From Acutalibacteraceae bacterium (lineage in GTDB: Bacteria; Bacillota; Clostridia; Oscillospirales; Acutalibacteraceae), in NCBI GenBank assembly GCA_045590875.1, contig JAZNRT010000048.1, forward strand, positions 1 to 59,175: a DNA stretch of 59,175 nt, given 5' to 3'. The notes under the pieces were generated by a model, which did no database searches, was not told the origin of the DNA, and saw only the letters and a program-made list of their open reading frames with translations. Shown in pieces: positions 8,522-19,022 of this stretch. Position numbers and translations under genes: made by a program. Within the stretch, counting starts at the first letter, position 1. Each line of letters begins with the position of its first letter.

Positions 8522-10918
8522 TTATATTATCGGCTTTGAGTTCCAGATTCCCTTTGAATAATCCTCAATTGAGCGGTCGGCGGCAAATCTGCCCGCCTTC
8601 GCAATGTTTACAAGGGACATTTCCTGCCAACGGGAGCTGTTGTTATAAAGCTCTTCTGCCTTAAGCTTTGCACGGCAGTAGTCGGCATAGTCTGCCAAAG
8701 CCATATAACTGTCGTGGTGGCGAAGCATATCCGAAAGAATATAACCGTTGGTGAGATTTTCTAAAATAAAATCTAAAACCTCATGAAGCTCGGCGTTGTT
8801 GTTATAGTATTCATAAGGATTGTAGCCCTGAGCCTTCAGGCGGTTTACTTCGGGAGTTTCCATACCGAAGATGATGATATTATCATCCCCCACAGCCTCG
8901 TGAATTTCTACATTAGCGCCGTCTTCAGTGCCGATAGTTACAGCGCCATTCAGCATCATTTTCATATTACCCGTGCCGCTTGCCTCTGTGCCCGCAAGGG
9001 AAATCTGCTCGCTGATATCGGCGGCGGGTATCATAAGCTCTGCTAAGGTTACGCGATAGTCCTCCATAAAGAGTATCTTTAATTTATCCTTAACCTGTGG
9101 GTCGTTTTGAAGTAGCTTTTGCATGCTGTAAATTATGCTGATTATCTGCTTAGCAAGCAGGTATCCCGGCGCCGCCTTTGCGCCGAAGATGTAGGTTTTT
9201 GGTGTGAACTCCATATTCGGGTTATTCTTAAGACGGAGATATTCCGTAACAATATTAAGAAGATTCAGGTGTTGGCGCTTGTATTCGTGCAGACGCTTAA
9301 CCTGCATATCAACGATTGAATCGGGATCCAGTGCCACACCGTAGAGGTTTTCTGTATATTTTGAAAGTCTTAATTTATTGTTGCGTTTTATCTGTTTAAG
9401 TGCTTCTTTTACCGCCGCATCATCTTTGTATTTCAGCAGCTCTTCGAGCTTTGAGGCGTTGTATTTAAAATCGTCGCCTATAAGCTCTGTAATATAGCTT
9501 GAAAGCTGGGGGTTAGCACCGCAAAGCCACCTGCGGTGGGCAATGCCGTTGGTAACATTAGTGAACTTTTCGGGCTCTAATTTGTAATAGTCGCGGAAAA
9601 GGTCGTCTTTAAGGATATCGCTGTGAAGCCTTGAAACACCGTTCACACTGTGGCAGGTGATGGTACAGAGATTTGCCATTTTCACAACCCCGTCTTCTAT
9701 AATGGCGGTTCGGTAAATCAAATCGGCATCCTTTGTTTTTTCCCAAGTTTCATAACGGTAGCGGTTGTCAATTTCCTTGACAATATCGTAAATTCTCGGC
9801 AACCTCTGGCGGAATAAATCTATCTGCCAGCATTCAAGTGCTTCCTTCATAACGGTGTGGTTGGTGTAGGCTGTGGTGCGCTTAACTATATCCCAAGCCT
9901 TATCCCAGCTGTAGCCACATTCGTCAAGCAAATGGCGCATAAGCTCAGGAATAACCAAGGCGGGGTGGGTGTCGTTAATATGAATAGCCGCCTTTTCGGG
10001 CAGATTGTCAAGAGTTCCGTATTTTCTCAAATGTCGATTGAGAATATCCTGAATAGAGGCAGAAACTAAGAAGTATTGCTGACGAAGTCTTAAGGATTTG
10101 CCCTCCATATGGTTATCTTCAGGGTACAGCACCTTGCTTATAACTTCGCTCATAGCCTGACGCTCAAGGGCGCGAACATAGTCGCCCTGATTAAATGCCG
10201 CCATATCTATAGAGGGGGATTCGGCACTCCAAAGCCGTAAAACGTTTACAGCCTTACCGTCGCGCCCCGCAACCATAAGGTCATAGGGCATAGCCTTTAC
10301 GGGGGTGTAATCCTTATGCTCTACCGAGTGATAGCCCTCGTGCCAAGCCTCTTCAATTCTGCCGTCGAAACGAACCTCCACCGCATTTGCGGGCTTTTGC
10401 TCCAGCCATACACTGCCGCCGGGCAGCCAAAAATCGGGCATTTCGGTTTGCCAGCCGTCAACAAGCTTTTGGCGGAAGATGCCGAATTCATATTTAATGC
10501 AGTAGCCCATAGCGGGGTAGCCGCCTGAGGTAAGCCCATCTAAAAAGCAGGCGGCAAGGCGACCGAGTCCGCCGTTGCCAAGCCCTGCGTCGGGCTCTAA
10601 TTCGTACAAATTTTCAATTTTTACACCGAAGCCTTTCAAAGCCTCGGTCATAGCCTTTTCAAGACCAAGGTTAAATACGGTGTTTTTAAAGGAACGGCCC
10701 ATTAAAAATTCCATACTGAGGTAGTAAACCTGCTTGGCTTCCTTTTCGCCTGTTTTCTTTCTGAATGCCTGACGGTTTTCCCTCATTATATCCATAAGCA
10801 CAAGCGCTGAGGCTTTATAAAAAAGGTCGTCGGAAGCCTGTTCGGTGGAAACACCCAGATTGTGAGAGAGCTTTTGCTCAATTAAAGCGGACAGCTCACG
10901 GGTTGATAGTTTTTTCAT
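8522..10918 (-). CDS. glgP: glycogen/maltodextrin phosphorylase
   Basis: GT35 family, including the PLP-lysine motif EASGTGNMK. The ATG at 10918 has AGGAGG upstream; the track start at 10945 is TTG. Confidence 0.9.
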   Translation of the reverse strand: MKKLSTRELSALIEQKLSHNLGVSTEQASDDLFYKASALVLMDIMRENRQAFRKKTGEKEAKQVYYLSMEFLMGRSFKNTVFNLGLEKAMTEALKGFGVKIENLYELEPDAGLGNGGLGRLAACFLDGLTSGGYPAMGYCIKYEFGIFRQKLVDGWQTEMPDFWLPGGSVWLEQKPANAVEVRFDGRIEEAWHEGYHSVEHKDYTPVKAMPYDLMVAGRDGKAVNVLRLWSAESPSIDMAAFNQGDYVRALERQAMSEVISKVLYPEDNHMEGKSLRLRQQYFLVSASIQDILNRHLRKYGTLDNLPEKAAIHINDTHPALVIPELMRHLLDECGYSWDKAWDIVKRTTAYTNHTVMKEALECWQIDLFRQRLPRIYDIVKEIDNRYRYETWEKTKDADLIYRTAIIEDGVVKMANLCTITCHSVNGVSRLHSDILKDDLFRDYYKLEPEKFTNVTNGIAHRRWLCGANPQLSSYITELIGDDFKYNASKLEELLKYKDDAAVKEALKQIKRNNKLRLSKYTENLYGVALDPDSIVDMQVKRLHEYKRQHLNLLNIVTEYLRLKNNPNMEFTPKTYIFGAKAAPGYLLAKQIISIIYSMQKLLQNDPQVKDKLKILFMEDYRVTLAELMIPAADISEQISLAGTEASGTGNMKMMLNGAVTIGTEDGANVEIHEAVGDDNIIIFGMETPEVNRLKAQGYNPYEYYNNNAELHEVLDFILENLTNGYILSDMLRHHDSYMALADYADYCRAKLKAEELYNNSSRWQEMSLVNIAKAGRFAADRSIEDYSKGIWNSKPII

Positions 10919-11109
10919 AAAGATATGGTCCTCCTGATTTTCCAAAGCGAAGATATCGCACTGCCGCAGCCCGCAGCAGGGAAAATATAAAAATTAGAAA
11001 TAAATAAAACCGCCTTTGGTACGAGGTGCATAAAGCTACACCTGAAGTGCCGAAGAGGCGGCTGAAATTCAAATTTAGAAAATGGGTTGATAATCCATTA
11101 AAATTTTAG

Positions 11110-11310
11110 TTATATTGCAGCAGGGCAGTCGGGCTCGTCGATGAGCTCTTCTTTTTCCTCTTCACAATCGCACTCGATGTAGAACTTTTCGCTTTCCTTT
11201 TTGTTAAGGAGTTTTTTAACAATAACCACAATGCCTGTTACAGTGGCGGCTGCGGTTACAATAGCGCCGATTATGATTAGGATTTTTTTAACAGTCCCGT
11301 CTTTAAACAT
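11110..11310 (-). CDS. small single-pass membrane protein with an acidic Cys-containing tail
   Basis: 66 aa. TM helix ILIIIGAIVTAAATVTGIVVIV, then a tail ECDCEEEKEELIDEPDCP. Weak RBS; a terminator-like structure lies downstream. Confidence 0.4.
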   Translation of the reverse strand: MFKDGTVKKILIIIGAIVTAAATVTGIVVIVKKLLNKKESEKFYIECDCEEEKEELIDEPDCPAAI

Positions 11311-11405
11311 AAGGTTAATACCGCCTTTCGCAATACTATTATATATATTCTAACTTATTTTTATTCGATTGTCAACCATTGCAAAAGGGGGAAATAATAC
11401 CAAAT

Positions 11406-12221
11406 TTAATGGATATTTAATTTCTTATCCATACATCTTGTGGTTTTTTTCTGTCGGATAAAAACTGCAGAACCCCACACAAAAAGCACAATGCTTACCC
11501 ATTGAGAAGTGGAAAGGGGACCCCAGAAGCCCCGTATGTCGTCACCTCTGAAAAATTCGGTACAGAACCGAAGCGGCGAATACATAAGCATATATGCATA
11601 CACAAGCTTACATTTTAGATGTTGTCTTTTAAAAAGAAAGAGCAAAATTAAGAATATAACAAGGTTAAAGAAAGCCTCTATCAATGAGATGGGCAATCTT
11701 CTGACTCCGTTAAGCAGAGGAACCAAATGATTGTTTGTAATGATAAAGCCGAATCTACTCTCTATTCCGTAGCAGCAGCCTCCAAAAAAACAGCCAATTC
11801 TACCGAAGGTGTGAAAAAGAGGAACACAAATTCCGAATATATCCAAAAGAGCCCCACTGTTTTGAATTTGCGCAAGCTTAGTGTAAATTTTCAACGATAT
11901 AAGAGCGCCGATAAAACCGCCATAAAATACCATACCCCCAAATATTTTTGAAAGGGTATGGAATGTATTCTTAATATTGAGAGTGTTTATGTTTTTGAAT
12001 AGAAACACTATGTTTTCAGTATTGGTAAGGGCATACAAAATATGTCCGCCCACAATAAGCCCCAGAACTATTGCAAGCACCACTAAAATCAAATCCTCAA
12101 AAAGAAAATTATATTTTTTACCCAATTTTGTTGCCCCGTAGGTGCAGGCACCAAGCCCAAGAAAACTGCAAAGCGCATAAACTCCTATACTTCTGCCAAA
12201 AATTTCTATAACAGGAAACAA
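11406..12221 (-). CDS. lgt: prolipoprotein diacylglyceryl transferase (paralogue 1)
   Basis: Polytopic membrane protein with an Lgt-type motif FGRIGCFFGGCCYG. TTG start after AAGGGGTGA. Confidence 0.75.
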   Translation of the reverse strand: MFPVIEIFGRSIGVYALCSFLGLGACTYGATKLGKKYNFLFEDLILVVLAIVLGLIVGGHILYALTNTENIVFLFKNINTLNIKNTFHTLSKIFGGMVFYGGFIGALISLKIYTKLAQIQNSGALLDIFGICVPLFHTFGRIGCFFGGCCYGIESRFGFIITNNHLVPLLNGVRRLPISLIEAFFNLVIFLILLFLFKRQHLKCKLVYAYMLMYSPLRFCTEFFRGDDIRGFWGPLSTSQWVSIVLFVWGSAVFIRQKKTTRCMDKKLNIH

Positions 12222-12292
12222 AAAAATTCACCCCTTAAAAAAATAATCGCCAACCCGATAGCACCAGATTGGCAATTATGTGTTTTTTGGAA

Positions 12293-12607
12293 TTATAATC
12301 CCATACCTAAAAGAGCGGTTTCTGCAGCGTCTGCTGTTCCTGCTACGCAGAGTACGCAGAGTGTGCAAGAGAAGAAACCGATGCCAGCAAGACAAGTACC
12401 TATTATTGAAAGTACTAAGCCTGCCGTGCCAAGACCTGTAGGAGCCGAAGCTGCAACAGCTGCCTTTTTACCCTTTGCGGCACAGATAATACCTACTATA
12501 CCGCATGCTAATGCTGCGATGTTAATCATATAGAACCAAGCCAAAACAGCAGAAACTATACCCAAAACTAAACCAGCAACTGATAAACCTTTTCCTGTAC
12601 TTTGCAT
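12293..12607 (-). CDS. small polytopic membrane protein (DUF4190-like)
   Basis: GLVLGIVS...GIVGIICA Gly-zipper-like TM segments. The ATG at 12607 is preceded by GGGGGGTG. Confidence 0.5.
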   Translation of the reverse strand: MQSTGKGLSVAGLVLGIVSAVLAWFYMINIAALACGIVGIICAAKGKKAAVAASAPTGLGTAGLVLSIIGTCLAGIGFFSCTLCVLCVAGTADAAETALLGMGL

Positions 12608-12724
12608 AATTACACCCCCCATACACAAAAGTGCAATATTAGTATACTAAAGTATTTTTATATTGTCAAGTAATATTTTACAATGGTATTGTAATTTTGA
12701 GCGAATATTTAAGGAGAAAAAATT

Positions 12725-13006
12725 ATGCTTAATGAGAGAATTCGCGAAATCAGATTGGCTCGAAAATTAAGTCAGGTAGAGCTTGCCAAAATAATAGGAG
12801 TAACCAAGCAGAGCGTTTCAAATTGGGAAAATGATAATATTCAGCCCTCTATAGAGATACTTGTAAAGCTTTCAAAAGCGTTGTCGGTTTCTGCCGATTA
12901 TCTGCTAGGAATTGAAAATAAACGCCAGCTTGATGTTAGCCAGCTGAGTAATGAAGAAATTCAGCACATACAGTTTATAATTTCAGATATACAAAAATCC
13001 AAATAG
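12725..13006 (+). CDS. XRE-family helix-turn-helix transcriptional regulator
   Basis: LSQVELAKIIGVTKQSVSNWEN is a classic Cro/CI HTH. AAGGAGA RBS. Confidence 0.8.
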   Translation: MLNERIREIRLARKLSQVELAKIIGVTKQSVSNWENDNIQPSIEILVKLSKALSVSADYLLGIENKRQLDVSQLSNEEIQHIQFIISDIQKSK

Positions 13007-13017
13007 TATAAATTAAC

Positions 13018-13052
13018 GGCACCGCGAGAAAAACCTCGGGTGCCGTTGTGTT
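13018..13052. terminator. bidirectional terminator between the XRE gene and cls
   Basis: AACGGCACC(G)CGAG / CTCGGGTGCCGTT stem followed by GTGTTTT. Confidence 0.55.
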
Positions 13053-13081
13053 TTAGATTTAAATATAGTATAAAGCTGACG

Positions 13082-14626
13082 CTACATAAAGGGTGCGAAT
13101 ATGTGCAGAATAAACTGCTTGAATTTTAGCAGCAATGGTCTGCGGGACCATTCTTCGGGAAGAATTTCGCGGCTTATTTTAATGGTGTTCACTAAATTCT
13201 CCTTGATTTCGGGCACTGAGGGTGTGGAGCACATCCAAACACCGCACTCAAAGTGGAAATTAAAGCTTCGGTAGTCCATATTCACAGTGCCAACCGAGGC
13301 ATAGAGGTCGTCCACACAGAAAAGCTTTGAATGAATAAAGCCTGGGGTGTATTCGTATATCTTAACTCCCGCCTCCAGAAGCTGAGAGTAGTGATACTGA
13401 GTCACAGGGTGAACATACCATTTATCGGGTATGCTGGGGCAGATTATTTTTATATCCACACCCGATTTTGCCGCACGCTCCAAAGCGTCTATCATAGTAT
13501 TATCAATAATAAGATAAGGTGTGGCAATGTAGATATAATCCCTTGCGGAGTTAATCATTTGCAAATATATACCCTCGGCGGTGCGATGCTCGTCGAAGGG
13601 ACCGTCGCAATAGGGCTGTACAAAGCCTGCAGCAAGGGGGAGCTTATTATCCACAAGATAATCCTCAACGTTCATTTCCGCTTTATTGTTGGTGAAATTC
13701 CACATTGTGGTAAACATAGCAGTAAAGCTGCGCACTGCTTCACCTTTAAGCCGTATTCCGCAATCTGCCCAGTGTCCGTGTAATTCAACCTTGTTGATAT
13801 ATTCGTCGGCAATGTTAAATCCGCCTGTGTAGGCAACGGTGCCATCAATTACAATAATCTTTCGGTGGTTTCTGTTGTTAAGAAAAACATTTGAAGAGGG
13901 TTTAATGGGGTTGAAAACAGAAACCTTTATGCCGTTTTTCCTTAAATCCTCCACAAATCCCTTGTACTGCCTGTTGGCAGAGCCGAAATCGTCGAAAAGA
14001 ATTCTAACCTCAACACCTTCGACCATTCGACGCTTTAAAACGTTGTAAATCTCCTGCCACATAAATCCCTCGGCAAGGATAAAGAATTCAATAAATATAA
14101 ATTTCTCAGCCTTTTCCAAATCCTTAAGTATTGAAGCAAACACCGCTTCCCCTGAGGGGAAAAATTCGGAATCGGTGGCGTTGTAGAGTGGGTATCCGCT
14201 TTCGCGATAAAGATAGCAGGATTGCTTTTCACCCATCAGCACATGGGAGGCAAGCTGACCTACCGTATCGGGATTTTGGGGTAGCTGCTCCAAGGTCTCT
14301 TTTTCAAAAAGGCGGTATCTTTTTTTTAGGTATGGTAGCACACGGTTGCCACCGAAGGTCATAAAGAATAGCCAGCCTGCGCTAAATGGGATGAGAAGAA
14401 TAAAGGCCACCCACATTATTTTATAACTGGGGTTTCCACGACGGTTTACAATGTAGATAACCGAGAATATACTTAAAAATTCAAAAAGCACATATGCCCA
14501 GTACACATTTTCAAAAATATATTTGGCAATAAATCCAATTAGCCCTACTTGCAAAAGCAAAAGTAAGGCTGTAATGATAAATCTTCTTGGAATTTTGTGA
14601 CCGCGTTTACTTCCCTGTTTCGGCAT
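13082..14626 (-). CDS. cls: cardiolipin synthase
   Basis: Two N-terminal TM helices. Two PLD HKD motifs (HRKIIVIDG and HSKLFCVDD). Confidence 0.9.
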   Translation of the reverse strand: MPKQGSKRGHKIPRRFIITALLLLLQVGLIGFIAKYIFENVYWAYVLFEFLSIFSVIYIVNRRGNPSYKIMWVAFILLIPFSAGWLFFMTFGGNRVLPYLKKRYRLFEKETLEQLPQNPDTVGQLASHVLMGEKQSCYLYRESGYPLYNATDSEFFPSGEAVFASILKDLEKAEKFIFIEFFILAEGFMWQEIYNVLKRRMVEGVEVRILFDDFGSANRQYKGFVEDLRKNGIKVSVFNPIKPSSNVFLNNRNHRKIIVIDGTVAYTGGFNIADEYINKVELHGHWADCGIRLKGEAVRSFTAMFTTMWNFTNNKAEMNVEDYLVDNKLPLAAGFVQPYCDGPFDEHRTAEGIYLQMINSARDYIYIATPYLIIDNTMIDALERAAKSGVDIKIICPSIPDKWYVHPVTQYHYSQLLEAGVKIYEYTPGFIHSKLFCVDDLYASVGTVNMDYRSFNFHFECGVWMCSTPSVPEIKENLVNTIKISREILPEEWSRRPLLLKFKQFILHIFAPFM

Positions 14627-14726
14627 AGTAACCCTTCTTTATCAATATAACTAAAGCTTTATAAACTAATTATACACAATTATGTTACCATATTTTTTAA
14701 TAATTTGCAAATTTTTATCAATACTA

Positions 14727-14754
14727 TTGACAATTAACACCTATAGAGTATAAT
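14727..14754 (+). promoter_or_regulatory. sigma-A-type promoter of the marR-ABC operon
   Basis: TTGACA (14727-14732), 16-nt spacer, TATAAT (14749-14754). Confidence 0.5.
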
Positions 14755-14807
14755 AATTAACATATTAACGATTAACAAGTTAACTTTTTCCAAAAGGAGG
14801 AATTAGA

Positions 14808-15275
14808 TTGGAAAAACCAAACAATGCAGTACATAACTTTATCTGCACCCATCGGATGCACCGACGAGTTGTGGATAAAACCGTTATAACTGCAGGCATA
14901 GATTTACATCGTAGCCAGCATATGCTGCTAATGCATCTTGACCGATGCGGCGGCTCATTTTCTCAACGGGAGCTGGCAGAGCACCTTAACATAAGCCCAG
15001 CGGCGCTGGCGGTAAAAATCAAAAAGCTGGAAAGCGACGGATTGGTAACAAGAACAAAGGCTAAAAATGACAGCCGCATAAACTCGGTCGATATTACCGA
15101 AAAGGGCAGGAATATTTTAGATAAAACTCATAAGCTTTTTGCAGATATTGACGAGAAAATGATACAGGGAATAGACAAGGCAGAGCTTGATGTTTTTATA
15201 AATTGCCTTAATAAAATGAGAGAAAATCTAGAAAAGATTTATAATAATCCTAAGCTTTTAGAGGAGGGGATTTAA
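14808..15275 (+). CDS. MarR-family transcriptional regulator
   Basis: Winged-HTH core QRELAEHLNISPAALAVKIKKLESDGLV. TTG start 7 nt after AAAGGAGG. Confidence 0.85.
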   Translation: MEKPNNAVHNFICTHRMHRRVVDKTVITAGIDLHRSQHMLLMHLDRCGGSFSQRELAEHLNISPAALAVKIKKLESDGLVTRTKAKNDSRINSVDITEKGRNILDKTHKLFADIDEKMIQGIDKAELDVFINCLNKMRENLEKIYNNPKLLEEGI

Positions 15276-15276
15276 T

Positions 15277-17058
15277 ATGAAATGGTCTAGATATATAAAA
15301 CCATATCTACCATATTTTATAATAGGGCCGCTTTGTATGATAGTTGAGGTTGTAGGCGAGGTTTTAATGCCTAAGTTCTTAGCCCTTATTGTGGACTACG
15401 GTTTGGATCAGGCACCGATAGAAGAAGCTCCAGCCGTTGTTCGCTGGCTGTTGGAAAAAATAGACGCCCCCGCTTATATTGTTGCCATTATGGTGTCTAT
15501 GATTATCACCGCAGTGCTTATGATGATTGGCGGTGTAGGTGGCGCATATTTCGGCTCAAAAGCGGCGGTTAACTTTGCCGCAGACTTAAGAGCAGATGTT
15601 TACAGAAAGGTTCAGACCTTCTCCTTTTCTAACATTGATAAATTTTCCACAGGCTCTTTGGTAACCCGTCTTACCAACGATATTACTCAGCTGCAGAATT
15701 TTGTTAATATGCTGCTTCGTATGTGTTTGCGTTCACCGGGTATGATGATTGGTGCGCTTATAATGGCATTTACCTTAAGTCCCCGCTTAACCGCTGTGCT
15801 TGCCATAACGATGCCCTTACTGATTGCGGCATTGGCATTAGTAATATCCAAAGGCTTTCCTAAGTTTTCTAAAATGCAGGATAAAATCGACGGACTAAAT
15901 TCTACCGTTCAGGAGAGCATTACAAATGTGCGGGTTGTAAAATCCTTTGTTCGGGAAGAAAGAGAAAAGGAAAAGTTCACAACCGCCAACAGCAACCTAA
16001 AAAAAGCAGGGCTCAGCGCTATGGGTACTATGATGTTTATCAATCCGATTACCTGCTTCTTTTTAAATGTTACCACAATTTTGGTTGTGTGGTTCGGTGG
16101 AAATATGGTTGTAAGCGCAGAAATGTCTTCGGGTGACCTTATTGCCTTTATCACTTATATTAACCAGATCCTTTTGTCTTTAACCATGATAACAATGATG
16201 TTTGTTATGTTTTCCAGAGCACTTGCCAGCGGCAAGCGAGTGAAGGAAGTGCTTGAGGAGGATGTTGATATTAAGGACAAAGAATTAACTGATACACAAC
16301 TCTCTGCCACAGTAGAAAAGGGTGAGATAGAGTTTAAAAATGTAGGCTTCCGTTATTATAAGAACAGCGAAGACGAGGTACTCAAAAACATCAACCTTAA
16401 AATCCCAGCCAAGGCAACTGTGGGAATAATCGGCTCTACGGGATGTGGAAAAACCACATTGGTTTCCCTTATCCCAAGGCTTTACGACCCCGATTGCGGT
16501 GAAGTGCTGATAGACGGCAAAAATGTGCAGGACTATTCTCTTTATAAGCTTCGTGAGGGTGTGGGAATGGTTCTTCAGAAGAATGTGCTTTTCTCAGGCT
16601 CGATAGAGGATAATCTGCGTTGGGGTGATAACGAGGCTACCGACGAGGAAATTTACACCGCCGCAAGCCACGCACAGGCGGATAAATTTATACGGGAGTT
16701 TACCGATGGCTACAAATCCGATTTGGGGCAGGGCGGCTCTAATGTTTCAGGGGGACAAAAACAGCGCCTTTGTATAGCACGTGCACTTCTGAAAAAGCCA
16801 AAAATAATAATTCTTGACGATTCCACCAGCGCGGTTGATACCGCCACAGAGACTCAGATACGTCGTGCCTTCCGCGAGGAGCTAGGGGATTCTACAAAGA
16901 TTATTATTGCCCAGCGCATTTCCTCAGTTATAGATGCAGATATGATAATAGTTATGGATGATGGCGCTATAACCGGTGTGGGCACACATAAGGAGCTTTT
17001 GGAAAGCAACGAAGAATACAGAGAAATTTATTATTCTCAAAACGAAAAGGAGGCATAA
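15277..17058 (+). CDS. ABC exporter, fused permease/ATPase (heterodimer subunit 1)
   Basis: Six-TM domain, Walker A GSTGCGKTT, signature VSGGQKQR, Walker B IIILDD. Confidence 0.9.
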   Translation: MKWSRYIKPYLPYFIIGPLCMIVEVVGEVLMPKFLALIVDYGLDQAPIEEAPAVVRWLLEKIDAPAYIVAIMVSMIITAVLMMIGGVGGAYFGSKAAVNFAADLRADVYRKVQTFSFSNIDKFSTGSLVTRLTNDITQLQNFVNMLLRMCLRSPGMMIGALIMAFTLSPRLTAVLAITMPLLIAALALVISKGFPKFSKMQDKIDGLNSTVQESITNVRVVKSFVREEREKEKFTTANSNLKKAGLSAMGTMMFINPITCFFLNVTTILVVWFGGNMVVSAEMSSGDLIAFITYINQILLSLTMITMMFVMFSRALASGKRVKEVLEEDVDIKDKELTDTQLSATVEKGEIEFKNVGFRYYKNSEDEVLKNINLKIPAKATVGIIGSTGCGKTTLVSLIPRLYDPDCGEVLIDGKNVQDYSLYKLREGVGMVLQKNVLFSGSIEDNLRWGDNEATDEEIYTAASHAQADKFIREFTDGYKSDLGQGGSNVSGGQKQRLCIARALLKKPKIIILDDSTSAVDTATETQIRRAFREELGDSTKIIIAQRISSVIDADMIIVMDDGAITGVGTHKELLESNEEYREIYYSQNEKEA

Positions 17059-17061
17059 CCG

Positions 17062-18930
17062 ATGGCAAGGTCATTAGAAGAATTACAAAAACAATATGCC
17101 AGAGCAGTTAAGCCTCAAAGAGGCGGACCTATGGGTGGCGGTCCTCGTGGAAGAATGGGCCCCCGCGCCAAAGGTAAGCCAAAAAACACCAAGGCGACAG
17201 TAATGAGAATGCTTTCGTATGTAAAGCCATACAAAGCGCATTTGATGTTTGTAGCATTCTGTATGTTGCTCACAAATGCCTCAGCCCTTGCGGGCTCGCT
17301 AATCCTAAGACCTATAATAAACAATATAGCCTCTGCTCAAACCTCTGCTACAGAAAGAATCACTTACTTAGGCGGAATGCTGGGTGTGTTGGGCTGTGTT
17401 TACCTTGTAGGTGTTTTCACAAGTTATTTTCAGGCGAAATTGATGCTAAAGGTTTCACAGGGCGCATCTGAAAAAATCAGAAACGACCTTTTTTGCAGGC
17501 TACAGACCCTGCCTGTCCGTTTTTTTGATACTAATACCACAGGCGAAACTATGAGCCGATTCACAAATGATGTAGATAATATTGATATGATGCTGAACAA
17601 CTCCCTTGTAAACATTGTTTCGGGTGTTGTATCCTTAGTGAGCACATTTGTTGCAATGCTGAGTATGAATATTTGGCTAACCCTTATTACTATTGTGTTT
17701 ATTCCTTTGTTTATATGGGGCGGCGGGGCTATCGCAAAGGCATCGTCTAAGTACTATGGCGGTCAGCAGTCGGCTTTGGGCGCTGTTAACGGATATATTG
17801 AGGAATCTGTTACAGGTCAAAAGGTGGTAAAGGTGTTTAACCACGAAGAAACCTGCGTGGAGGAATTCTCCCTTCTTAACGACGACCTACGCACAAAGCA
17901 GTTCAGCGCTATGTTTTACGGCGGTATTATGGGACCTGTAATGGGTAATACTTCACAAATCAGCTATGCCGTAACTGCGGGTGTGGGTGGACTTTTGTGT
18001 ATATTCGGCGGCTTTGATATAGGCGGACTTTCGGTGTTTGTAAACTTCTCCCGCCATTTTTCACAGCCCATAAATATGCTGGCTCAGCAAACCTCAACCC
18101 TGTTTGCCGCTTTGGCAGGCGCTGAGCGTGTGTTCAATATAATGGATATGGACCCCGAAGAGCCTGATAAAGAGGATGCCTTAGAAATGGAAAATATGCA
18201 GGGTATGGTGGAGCTGAAGAATGTTACCTTTGGCTACAATCCCGATAAGGTAATTCTCAAAAACATTTCGCTTTACGCGAAGCCGGGTCAGAAAATTGCT
18301 TTTGTGGGCTCAACGGGTGCGGGTAAAACTACGGTTACAAATCTTCTTAACCGTTTTTACGATATAGATTCGGGCGAAATTACCATAGACGGAGTTAATA
18401 TAAAGGATATCCAACGGGACGGACTTCGCCGAAATATCGCAATGGTGCTGCAGGACACCCATTTGTTCACAGGCACGGTTATGGAAAATATCCGCTACGG
18501 CAGACTTGATGCTACCGACGAAGAGGTTATAGAAGCCGCAAAAACCGCCAGTGCACACAGCTTTATAATGAGGCTTGAAAAGGGCTATGATACCCTTATT
18601 ACCGGGGACGGTGCAAATCTTTCTCAGGGTCAGCGACAGCTACTTAATATTGCCCGTGCGGCAATCTCTAAAGCACCTATATTGGTGCTGGACGAAGCCA
18701 CCAGCTCGGTGGATACCAGAACCGAAAGGCATATAGAGCACGGTATGGATAGACTTATGAAAAATCGCACTACCTTTGTTATTGCCCATCGTCTTTCCAC
18801 CGTCCGCAATGCCAATGCGATTATGGTGCTGGAAAACGGTGAGATTATAGAGCGCGGCGACCACGAGGACCTGCTTCGTCAAAAGGGCAGATACTATGAG
18901 CTTTACACAGGCAAAAAGGAACTGGATTAG
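17062..18930 (+). CDS. ABC exporter, fused permease/ATPase (heterodimer subunit 2)
   Basis: Gly/Pro/Arg-rich N-terminus, TM domain, Walker A GSTGAGKTT, signature LSQGQRQL, Walker B ILVLDE. Confidence 0.9.
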   Translation: MARSLEELQKQYARAVKPQRGGPMGGGPRGRMGPRAKGKPKNTKATVMRMLSYVKPYKAHLMFVAFCMLLTNASALAGSLILRPIINNIASAQTSATERITYLGGMLGVLGCVYLVGVFTSYFQAKLMLKVSQGASEKIRNDLFCRLQTLPVRFFDTNTTGETMSRFTNDVDNIDMMLNNSLVNIVSGVVSLVSTFVAMLSMNIWLTLITIVFIPLFIWGGGAIAKASSKYYGGQQSALGAVNGYIEESVTGQKVVKVFNHEETCVEEFSLLNDDLRTKQFSAMFYGGIMGPVMGNTSQISYAVTAGVGGLLCIFGGFDIGGLSVFVNFSRHFSQPINMLAQQTSTLFAALAGAERVFNIMDMDPEEPDKEDALEMENMQGMVELKNVTFGYNPDKVILKNISLYAKPGQKIAFVGSTGAGKTTVTNLLNRFYDIDSGEITIDGVNIKDIQRDGLRRNIAMVLQDTHLFTGTVMENIRYGRLDATDEEVIEAAKTASAHSFIMRLEKGYDTLITGDGANLSQGQRQLLNIARAAISKAPILVLDEATSSVDTRTERHIEHGMDRLMKNRTTFVIAHRLSTVRNANAIMVLENGEIIERGDHEDLLRQKGRYYELYTGKKELD

Positions 18931-18966
18931 TAAAAAATAAAGCTTATATAATTCTATAAAATAAAT

Positions 18967-19018
18967 AATCGGTGTGTTGGCATAATGTTTAATGCCTAAC
19001 ACACCGATTGTGTTTTTT
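18967..19018. terminator. strong bidirectional terminator
   Basis: A ~16-bp stem AATCGGTGTGTTGGCAT / ATGCCTAACACACCGATT followed by GTGTTTTTT. Confidence 0.7.
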
Positions 19019-19022
19019 ATAT

